From NCBI GenBank assembly GCA_045654705.1, contig JAZONY010000001.1, forward strand, positions 2,156 to 66,155: a stretch of 64,000 bases of DNA, written 5' to 3'. The notes under the pieces are model-generated. The model was not told the origin of the DNA. It worked only from the letters and a program-made list of their open reading frames with translations, and did not search any database. Source of the stretch: Victivallaceae bacterium. GTDB lineage: Bacteria; Verrucomicrobiota; Lentisphaeria; Victivallales; Victivallaceae. Each line of letters begins with the position of its first letter. Position 1 is the stretch's first letter. Below, piece by piece: positions 46,819 through 54,293 of the stretch. Position numbers and translations under genes: made by a program.

Positions 46819-48120
46819 TTATTTTCCGGCGATAACTTCTTTCTGGCGGGCCTGTCCTTTGCGGGCGGGGGCGCCGCTGTGGCTTCCGAAGGGGAAGATA
46901 TCAATATCCTTTTTCTTGGCGGCAAGGTTGTTATAGACCATGTAAACACTTGCAGGAGAACAGGTGGTATCAAACAAGCCGGTGGTCAGCCAGGTTTCGC
47001 ACTTGATACGGCGGGCGAAGAAAACGTTGTCATAATAAGCGGTTGCCGCAACCACTTTGGGATCAGCCTTGCTGCCGCCCCGGTAGAACTGGGGCCAGCC
47101 GGGCTGACGGTTGGCGAAAGAACCGGAGTGGTCGCTCAAAGCAGGCACGGCGGCGATACACAGTGTAACCTGGGGATCCAGTGCCGCAGCGGCGATAGCC
47201 TGTCCGCCTCCCTGGCTGGAACCGGAAACGATCAGGATCTTACCGTTCCACTCAGGACGGCTCTTGATGTAGTCAAGTGAACGCATCACACGCAGATACA
47301 TGCCGTGGAAATAGATTTTTTCACGGTCGTTTTTGCCCTGATGATAGTAACTTTTAAGGGTGGTCTTGCCCAGATTCCGGTAGAAAGATTTCTCTTTGCC
47401 GTTGGGAATACCGTGGGCGTTGATGTTCATATAAAGGGCATTGTTCACCACTCCGACCCAGCTGGAGCTGACTCCTGCGCCCTGATAGTTCACAACGGCG
47501 GCAAGGGATTTGGGTTTGGCATTGTTGGGGACGGTAAGGTAGCCGGACATGGGCATACCGCCTGCGCAGTCGACCTGAACGTCATAGACCTTGAAGCCTT
47601 TGATCACACGGCCTTTGTACTCGGTGACTCTGGCGTTGAGGGGGACTTTATCCAGCATGGCACGGCGGGATTTCCAGAAAGCGTCGAAGTCGGCAGGTTC
47701 TTCTTTGCCCTGTTTGAGTTTTTCAGGTTCGGCAATAGCACCGATACCGCCGTAGACGCCGTATTTTCTCTCAGCACTGACAAGCCTCTTGCCGTTGGAA
47801 TCCAGCAGTTCGTATTTGGCATAGATCCAGCCGGGCTTGGTGAATTTGGCTTTGAGAGGAATGAACTCGCCGGTGGCTTCAACCGTCCGTGCTTTGCCCG
47901 CAGGAGCGACATCACCGGCAAGGCGGACGGAAAGCTTCACGCCTTTGAGAGGCGTAAAGGCCGCTTTGGCATTTTCACGGCTCAGGGGACGGCCGAAAAA
48001 GGTCACTTCGTCGCCGACTTTCACCACGGGGCCTTTGTCGCTCTTGAGTTCAAACTTGTACTCAACAGCACTTGCGGCAACTGCCAGAACAGCAGCCAGA
48101 AACAGCATCATTTTTTTCAT
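46819..48120 (-). CDS. Secreted acetyl-xylan-esterase-like serine hydrolase (CE7/AXE1-like), paralog 3
   Basis: It is collinear with paralogs 1 and 2: PADFDAFWKSR, GSSQGGG, GLFD and GSHSG. ATG 48120 lies 10 nt after AAGGAG. Confidence 0.7.
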   Translation of the reverse strand: MKKMMLFLAAVLAVAASAVEYKFELKSDKGPVVKVGDEVTFFGRPLSRENAKAAFTPLKGVKLSVRLAGDVAPAGKARTVEATGEFIPLKAKFTKPGWIYAKYELLDSNGKRLVSAERKYGVYGGIGAIAEPEKLKQGKEEPADFDAFWKSRRAMLDKVPLNARVTEYKGRVIKGFKVYDVQVDCAGGMPMSGYLTVPNNAKPKSLAAVVNYQGAGVSSSWVGVVNNALYMNINAHGIPNGKEKSFYRNLGKTTLKSYYHQGKNDREKIYFHGMYLRVMRSLDYIKSRPEWNGKILIVSGSSQGGGQAIAAAALDPQVTLCIAAVPALSDHSGSFANRQPGWPQFYRGGSKADPKVVAATAYYDNVFFARRIKCETWLTTGLFDTTCSPASVYMVYNNLAAKKKDIDIFPFGSHSGAPARKGQARQKEVIAGK

Positions 48121-48157
48121 TTCATGCAACTCCTTGTTTTAGAGAAAAGTTAACGCG

Positions 48158-48784
48158 TTACTCAAAGAAATAGAACTTGAGGGGACCGTGGTCGCCCATC
48201 TCGAAGTCTCTGGTAACAAAGGGGAAGAAAAGGATGACCCAGTCGGTGTTGATGGAAGAACTCACCGCAGGTCCCACGATCCTCGCCTGTTTGTTCGTGG
48301 CGGCTTCAAGGATCTCAACCGAAAGTTTGCAGACACCGTAACGGTTGATCCGCTTGAAAAGAGGAAGTTCGGGGATGACAAGGCTCAAGCTCACATCAGG
48401 CACGGGGATAGGCAGAGAGGGGGTACCGAACATGATCTTGTTGTCTTCAGTGGCAAGGGTGGCACAGACGGGGCGCAGCACATATTTGGCTTCATCCGCC
48501 TTGAGGGCGATGATGGCACCGGCGGCGGAAAGGTGGGCTTCGAGAACGCCCTGAACATAGTTTTTCTCAGTTTGAGTGGCAAGATTGCTGTAATCGATGC
48601 GGATCTTTTCGCCCTCAAGCATACGGAAATCCAGTTTGCTCACGCTCCGGTCAACAGCGGTGGTCAGCAGCATCTGTTCGATGGCGTTCCTGCCGGTGTT
48701 GGTGATCCTGGGGTCGGCACAACCGCTGAGGAGCATAACAAGCGCCGCAGCACAACAGATGACGGAGGCAACAGTTTTCTTCAT
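48158..48784 (-). CDS. Hypothetical lipoprotein
   Basis: It has a canonical lipobox, LLSGC. The mature protein is about 185 aa and of unknown family. Confidence 0.6.
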   Translation of the reverse strand: MKKTVASVICCAAALVMLLSGCADPRITNTGRNAIEQMLLTTAVDRSVSKLDFRMLEGEKIRIDYSNLATQTEKNYVQGVLEAHLSAAGAIIALKADEAKYVLRPVCATLATEDNKIMFGTPSLPIPVPDVSLSLVIPELPLFKRINRYGVCKLSVEILEAATNKQARIVGPAVSSSINTDWVILFFPFVTRDFEMGDHGPLKFYFFE

Positions 48785-48788
48785 TTTT

Positions 48789-49274
48789 TCACCTTGATTT
48801 TTTCAGACGCTCAACGTCAGCGGCAGCGTAGTTGATGACATCTTTGAATTTTTCAGCGTTATTGCTGTCAGCTTCGACAAGTTTTCTGTGGGCTTCTTCC
48901 ACAGTTTCCGCAGTAATCAGCATATCGGCTTTGCCGCCTGCGGCATTTCCGGCTTCTCCCGGGGAACCCTCGTGATAGGTAAAGAGTTCATCGACGCCAA
49001 GATCGGCAAGGAGTCTTTTCAGCGTTTCAGAAGCGTTGTAGATCTCAAAAGCCGTTCCGTTGTCGGCGGCTTTGAGCGCCCCCATGGAAAGAACCCCCAT
49101 AAAGGTACTGTCCATGGCGACGCAATCCCTGAGATCGAGGCGGATATCCTTTTTGCCCTCGTTGCTGTTGACCAGCTCACGGATAGGCACAGCATATTCA
49201 AAGTTGGCACGGCCGACAGCGGTGATGATGCAGGCGCTGTCGTTTTCGCCGATCCTCAAATCATTTGCATTCAT
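48789..49274 (-). CDS. STAS-domain protein (anti-sigma-factor-antagonist-like) with a helical C-terminal tail
   Basis: The pattern IRLDLRDCVAMDSTFMGVL...FEIYNASETLKRLLADLGVDELF is a STAS pattern. It lies 4 nt upstream of the lipoprotein gene. Confidence 0.55.
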   Translation of the reverse strand: MNANDLRIGENDSACIITAVGRANFEYAVPIRELVNSNEGKKDIRLDLRDCVAMDSTFMGVLSMGALKAADNGTAFEIYNASETLKRLLADLGVDELFTYHEGSPGEAGNAAGGKADMLITAETVEEAHRKLVEADSNNAEKFKDVINYAAADVERLKKSR

Positions 49275-49307
49275 ATACCATGATCCCTGTTATTGAAGAC
49301 TTGAGGC

Positions 49308-51092
49308 TCATTTGCCTTCGATGACGGCTTTGATACGGCGGACGCCCTGGCTGGAGCTTTCTTCCTTGAGGATACGGAACTTGCCCAGTTCAGAAGTTCT
49401 TGCCGCATGGGGACCGCCGCAGATCTCGCAGCTCACATCGCCCATGGTGTAGACCTTGACTCTTTCGCCGTATTTGTCGCCGAAAAGTCCCATGGCGCCT
49501 TTGGCACGGGCAGATTCCAGATCCATTTCTTCGCAGACGATCTCAAGGTCTCTTGCGATGGCATCGTTGACCAGATCTTCCACCACCTTGAGCTGTTCGG
49601 GGGTGACTTTCTCGGGATGAGAGAAGTCGAACCGCAGACGCTCGGCGGTGATGTTGGAGCCGCGCTGGCAGACATGTTCGCCCAGAGTTTTGCGGAGTGC
49701 CGCCTGAAGCAGATGGGTGGCACTGTGGAGACGGGCAGTCTGTTCAGAAGCATCGGCAAGACCGCCTTTGAACTTCTGTTCGGCACCGGCACGGGAAAGC
49801 TCCTGATGTTTCTTGTAAGCCGCTTCGTAGCCTTCCATATCCACTTCAAAGTTCTGTTCTTTCGCCATTTCGACGGTGAGTTCGATGGGGAAGCCGTAGG
49901 TTTCAAAGAGGTTGAAAGCGTTCTTGCCGGAAATCACCTTGCGGGCGATGTGGGCGGGAACACGGTCGATGAGTTTCTGGAACTCTTTGGTTCCTTTTTC
50001 AAGGGCGGAAGCGAACTGTTTTTCCTCTTTCTCAAGGGCTTCAAGAATGACCGCACGACGCTCGGCAAGTTCGGGATAGATCTCCTTGAACATGGTGATG
50101 ACAGCATCTGCCACTTTGGCGCAGAAGGTCTCTTCGATACCCAGCTTTTTACCTTCGCGGACGGCACGGCGGATGAGACGGCGCAGAACGTAGGCCTGAT
50201 CGGTGCGTCCGGGGGTGATGCCGTCGCCGATGATGAAGCAGGAAGCTCTCAGGTGGTCGGCAATGATGCGTTCAGAGGCGCAGCGTTCAGCGGGATCGAC
50301 CCATTCGACGCCCCGGACGGAATCCAGTGCGGCAAAGATGGGGGCAAAGATCTCGGTTTCGTAGCAGCTCTTTTTGCCCTGAAGCACAGCGGTGATACGC
50401 TCAAGTCCCATACCGGTATCCACATTGCGCTGGGAAAGGGGTTCGTATTTGCCCTCGGCATTTTTGTTGTACTGCATGAAAACGTCGTTCCAGATCTCGA
50501 CCCAGCGTTTGTCTTCGGGGTCAAAGGTTTCGGGAGCGGGCAGAGGACCTGTCCAGTAGAACATTTCGGTATCGGGTCCGCAGGGACCGGTGACACCGGC
50601 AGGTCCCCACCAGTTATCTTTCTTGGGGAGTTTGGCGATGCGTTTTTCAGAGACGCCCAGTGAACGCCAGAGCTGGAATGCTTCGTCATCAAAGGGGCAG
50701 TCCTCGTCACCGGCAAAGACGGTGAAGCCCAGCATATCGAGGGGCAGATTCAGATTTTCGCTGCCGGTGAGGAATTCAAAGCTGAAACGGATCGCTTCTT
50801 CTTTGAAGTAGTCCCCCAGAGACCAGTTGCCCAGCATTTCAAAGAAGGTGAGATGCACGGGATCGCCCACTTCGTCGATGTCGCCGGTACGGACACACTT
50901 CTGATAGTCGGTCAGGCGGGTTCCGGAGGGATGTTTTGCCCCCTGAAGATAGGGAACAAGGGGGTGCATTCCTGCGGTGGTAAAAAGACAGGTGGGGTCA
51001 TTTTCAGGGATAAGAGAGGCACTGCGGATCTCCACATGTCCCTTGCTCTTGAAAAATTCAATATAACGGCGGCGGATTTCTTCAGCCTTCAT
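49308..51092 (-). CDS. alaS: Alanine--tRNA ligase, short form (no C-Ala domain)
   Basis: It has the class II core (FTTAGMHPLVPY, FFEMLGNWSLGDYFK, DTGMGLERI) and editing-domain motifs HSATHLL and CGGPH. The ORF ends at GVRRIKAVIEGK. ATG 51092 lies 8 nt after GAAGGAG. Confidence 0.85.
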   Translation of the reverse strand: MKAEEIRRRYIEFFKSKGHVEIRSASLIPENDPTCLFTTAGMHPLVPYLQGAKHPSGTRLTDYQKCVRTGDIDEVGDPVHLTFFEMLGNWSLGDYFKEEAIRFSFEFLTGSENLNLPLDMLGFTVFAGDEDCPFDDEAFQLWRSLGVSEKRIAKLPKKDNWWGPAGVTGPCGPDTEMFYWTGPLPAPETFDPEDKRWVEIWNDVFMQYNKNAEGKYEPLSQRNVDTGMGLERITAVLQGKKSCYETEIFAPIFAALDSVRGVEWVDPAERCASERIIADHLRASCFIIGDGITPGRTDQAYVLRRLIRRAVREGKKLGIEETFCAKVADAVITMFKEIYPELAERRAVILEALEKEEKQFASALEKGTKEFQKLIDRVPAHIARKVISGKNAFNLFETYGFPIELTVEMAKEQNFEVDMEGYEAAYKKHQELSRAGAEQKFKGGLADASEQTARLHSATHLLQAALRKTLGEHVCQRGSNITAERLRFDFSHPEKVTPEQLKVVEDLVNDAIARDLEIVCEEMDLESARAKGAMGLFGDKYGERVKVYTMGDVSCEICGGPHAARTSELGKFRILKEESSSQGVRRIKAVIEGK

Positions 51093-51130
51093 TTCAAACA
51101 CTCCTTCGCTTTAACAGGTTGATAGAGGCA

Positions 51131-51157
51131 ATTTCAAAAGTCAAAGAGTTTTGAAAT
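51131..51157. repeat. Perfect inverted repeat ATTTCAAAA-N9-TTTTGAAAT upstream of alaS
   Basis: It is visible directly in the sequence. It lies 39-65 nt upstream of the alaS ATG on the minus strand. Confidence 0.5.
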
Positions 51158-51305
51158 CATCTCTGATAATATACAATTCTTATAAGATACACCCGTTATG
51201 CCTTTTTTACAAGAAGTGAGCCGCAAAAAAACAGTAAAAACAGCGTCCCGCCGGAGAGTTCGGAAGAAAGTGACCGGCAAAGATAAAAATTGTTGTACAA
51301 AGAAG

Positions 51306-51334
51306 TTGACAAATACACTTTGCTGTATTATATT
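51306..51334 (+). promoter_or_regulatory. Promoter of the Ser/Thr kinase gene (leaderless configuration)
   Basis: TTGACA-N17-TATATT, with the ATG 11 nt downstream of the -10 element. Confidence 0.6.
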
Positions 51335-51344
51335 ATCAACAGTT

Positions 51345-52364
51345 ATGGAAAACGAAGAATACACTCTCTCTGCACCGGAGGAACTTCTGGGAGCGGAAAT
51401 CGACGGCTACCGCCTGGAGTCACTTCTGGGCTGCGGCAGCTACGGCGTGGTCTATCTCGCCCGCCATATAATGATGGACCGTCTTTTTGCGTTCAAGATA
51501 CTTCAGGCTGAATTTTCTGAAGACAACGACTCCATCCGGGGATTTTTCCGTGAAAGCAAGACGGCAGCGAAATTGGAGCATCCCCATGTGGTCCAGGCGG
51601 TCCAGGCGGGCAAAACGCCGGAAGGTCTCTGCTATTTCGTCATGGAATATGTGGACGGCAGCTCCATCGAAGATATCAGGGTCAACTCCCCTGAACTTCT
51701 TTCCCTTGAGTTCATGCTTGAACTTTCGATCCAGCTTGCCGATGCCCTTGACTATGCGTGGAACACAAGAAAGATCATCCACAGGGATATCAAACCTGAC
51801 AATCTTCTGGTCTGCCGGGCTGACAGGAAACTGAAACTTGCGGATCTGGGACTTGCCGGTGTCAATGCCGGAAATACCGATGAGATCGTGGCGACGCCCC
51901 TCTACATGGCGCCTGAGATCGCCGCAGGACTCGGCAGCACTGAAATGACCTCGGATATTTACAGTTTCGGCGTCATGTTCTACGAACTGAGTTCCGGCGT
52001 GCCGCCCTTTACCGGTTCCATTGAGGAGCTTCAGCGGGCGCACCTTGAAGATATTCCGGAGCCTCTTCTGGTTGCCAATCCCGACCTCGACCCTGAACTT
52101 GCCCGCTATATCGACTCCATGCTTGCCAAAGATCCCGGCGCACGCCCCCAAAGCTGGCGTGAGGTCAAAGAACGCCTGAGTGCCATAAAAGAACGGCTTT
52201 ACGCCTCTCAGCGTTACCCCCTGCCCCGGGTCGATGAAAAATCCAAGAGGGATCTCTCACAGAATGATGCCAACGCCCCCGGCAATGCCAAATGGCTGTG
52301 GATCATCGTCGCACTCATTGCAGCTGCCGCACTTCTGACCGTGATCCTTCTGCTGGTTTTCTGA
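51345..52364 (+). CDS. Ser/Thr protein kinase with a C-terminal TM anchor
   Basis: Gly loop LGCGSYGVVY, then AFKIL, catalytic loop HRDIKPDNLL, ADLG and APE. The C-terminal hydrophobic segment is WLWIIVALIAAAALLTVILLLVF. The ATG lies 11 nt after the -10 element. Confidence 0.85.
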   Translation: MENEEYTLSAPEELLGAEIDGYRLESLLGCGSYGVVYLARHIMMDRLFAFKILQAEFSEDNDSIRGFFRESKTAAKLEHPHVVQAVQAGKTPEGLCYFVMEYVDGSSIEDIRVNSPELLSLEFMLELSIQLADALDYAWNTRKIIHRDIKPDNLLVCRADRKLKLADLGLAGVNAGNTDEIVATPLYMAPEIAAGLGSTEMTSDIYSFGVMFYELSSGVPPFTGSIEELQRAHLEDIPEPLLVANPDLDPELARYIDSMLAKDPGARPQSWREVKERLSAIKERLYASQRYPLPRVDEKSKRDLSQNDANAPGNAKWLWIIVALIAAAALLTVILLLVF

Positions 52365-52390
52365 AACGGAACCTCAAAAATCCTGACATA

Positions 52391-52421
52391 TCCTTTCTGT
52401 TTGCAGAAAGGAGTTTTTTTT
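52391..52421 (+). terminator. Intrinsic terminator after the Ser/Thr kinase gene
   Basis: Stem TCCTTTCTG, loop tttg, stem CAGAAAGGA, then G and T8. Confidence 0.8.
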
Positions 52422-52715
52422 ATGTTCAAAAGCAATTGTCAAGTCACATTTTTCAGCCGCACCGTCCATGCGGACGGGTCATTCACCTTTACAGAGGGAA
52501 CGCCTTGCCGGGGATTTTTCATGGAGCGGCACCGCACCGATGCCGCCGGAAACCATGAGGAGTTTTCCGAACTTCTGCTCCCTGTGGAAGCGGTGATCGT
52601 TCCGGGGGATGAGGTGGAAATAAAAGGACTCAGGCGAACAGTCGCCCAAGTCCTTGATTGTACAGATGTCAGCGGCACGGTCAGATGCCGCCGCTGTTCA
52701 TTTTTGCGTTCCTGA
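52422..52715 (+). CDS. Hypothetical small protein (uncertain)
   Basis: This 97-aa ORF fills the gap between convergent genes. Its AAAGGAG RBS lies inside the kinase terminator hairpin. I see no recognisable motif. Confidence 0.35.
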   Translation: MFKSNCQVTFFSRTVHADGSFTFTEGTPCRGFFMERHRTDAAGNHEEFSELLLPVEAVIVPGDEVEIKGLRRTVAQVLDCTDVSGTVRCRRCSFLRS

Positions 52716-52719
52716 AAAT

Positions 52720-53061
52720 TCAGCGGGCAGCCCCCGTTGCGATCAGGTTCACGCCGGTGCCATCGATATCGGCGATGATGACCGCACCGGGTTCTGCTTC
52801 GGGGAACTCCTCTTTCAGGATCCTGTTGAGCAGTCCGGGGATCAGGGGCCGGGGCAGCGGCTTGTCGGTGCGGACACTCTGGAACTTGCCGTTGGCACTG
52901 TGGACAACTGCGGTCACGGTGCGGCGGGGGTCTTTGATTTCCGTTTCAGCGTATGCCGCGCCCCGGGGGCAGCGGTTGCCGGTCACGGTGATTTTGCCAT
53001 CCTGACAGAGGACTTCCATTTCGCATCCGGTGGGACAGGTGATGCAGATCATTTTTTTCAT
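52720..53061 (-). CDS. DUF1667 domain protein (small subunit of an anaerobic G3P-dehydrogenase-like complex)
   Basis: The N-terminal sequence ICITCPTGCEMEV...VTGNRCPRGAAYA is characteristic of DUF1667. The start forms an ATGA overlap with the upstream stop codon. Confidence 0.7.
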   Translation of the reverse strand: MKKMICITCPTGCEMEVLCQDGKITVTGNRCPRGAAYAETEIKDPRRTVTAVVHSANGKFQSVRTDKPLPRPLIPGLLNRILKEEFPEAEPGAVIIADIDGTGVNLIATGAAR

Positions 53062-54293
53062 TTGCACTCCTCCAGAAGGAATTCAACTTTGGCGGCTTTG
53101 GCGGGGATTTCCGCTTTCATGGCGAGCATTTCTGCGGGACGGACCGACACGCACATCTTTCTGGCGATTTCCGCACCGTCGGCAAGGGCGGTGAGTTTGG
53201 CTTTGCCGCAGCTCACGGTGGGACGGAAGAAAAATTCGCAGCTGCTCCCCGGCACACATTTGTTGGGGATGGCATACTTCAAAGTACTGCTGCAAACAAC
53301 TTCAGCCGTTGCGTCGGCAAGTTTGCCGGATGAGGCAAATTCGGCGGCAGCGGCACCGGCACGCTGAGCTTCGATAGAGGCGAAATCCACCAGATCGTGA
53401 ACGTGGAGCGAGTTTCCGGCGGCAAAAACACCGGGGATGATGCACTGACAGTTGCCGTCCACACAGGGACCGCCCGTTGCGGGATTCATGGGAACGCCCA
53501 TGGATTTGAGCAGTTCATTTTCGGGGATGAGTCCCACAGAGAAAAGCACCGTATCACACTGGAACGTAAACCGTTCTCTGGTTATGAGATTTTCGATTTC
53601 CACAGATTCCACACGGTTTCTGCCCATGATGCGGGCGCAGCGGTGCGAAAGCAGCAGGGGGATATCAAAGTCGCGCAGACACTGGGCGATGTTCCGGGGG
53701 AGTCCGGAGGGTTCCGGCAGGATCTCGACCACGGCGGCGACGTCGATACCGCTCCAGCGGCAGCGGCGCGCCATGATGAGACCGATGTCCCCTGAACCGA
53801 CGATCACCGCCCGCCTGCCGGGGAGCATTCCTGTCAGGTTCATCAGCTTCTGGGCGGAGCCTGCGGTGTAGACACCGGCACTGCGGTCCCCGGGGACGGC
53901 GATATTGGCACGGGTACGCTCACGGCATCCGGTGGCAAAGACCACGGCGTTGGCGTTGAGGCGCCTCACGCCGTTGGCGGCGGAGTAGAGTGTGGCTTCA
54001 AAGGTACTGTCGCTGTTGCGTTTGACTGCGCCTACGGTTTCGCCGGACATGATTTGTGCGCCGGCTTCACGGGCGCAGCGTTCCATACGCAGCGCATATT
54101 CGGGGCCGGTGAGTTCCTCGTTGAAATAGCGCAGTCCGAAACCGTTGTGGATGCACTGGCACAGGACACCGCCGCAACTTTCTTCACGGTCGATAACGGC
54201 AACTTTCTTACCGGCGGCAGCGGCGGCGGCAGCGGCTGAAAGTCCGGCACCGCCGGCACCGATGACGGCGACATCGCAATTGATCTGTTTCAT
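53058..54293 (-). CDS. FAD/NAD(P)-dependent pyridine nucleotide-disulfide oxidoreductase
   Basis: Two Rossmann motifs are present: VAVIGAGGAGLSAA and AVIVGSGDIGLIMA. The protein is 411 aa. Confidence 0.75.
   Translation of the reverse strand: MKQINCDVAVIGAGGAGLSAAAAAAAAGKKVAVIDREESCGGVLCQCIHNGFGLRYFNEELTGPEYALRMERCAREAGAQIMSGETVGAVKRNSDSTFEATLYSAANGVRRLNANAVVFATGCRERTRANIAVPGDRSAGVYTAGSAQKLMNLTGMLPGRRAVIVGSGDIGLIMARRCRWSGIDVAAVVEILPEPSGLPRNIAQCLRDFDIPLLLSHRCARIMGRNRVESVEIENLITRERFTFQCDTVLFSVGLIPENELLKSMGVPMNPATGGPCVDGNCQCIIPGVFAAGNSLHVHDLVDFASIEAQRAGAAAAEFASSGKLADATAEVVCSSTLKYAIPNKCVPGSSCEFFFRPTVSCGKAKLTALADGAEIARKMCVSVRPAEMLAMKAEIPAKAAKVEFLLEECK

Noticed and set aside
51102-51344. T-box leader upstream of alaS, and similarly upstream of ilvB
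   Set aside because: I found no T-box consensus (AAnnnGGGTGGTACCGCG-like) or specifier-loop architecture on either strand.
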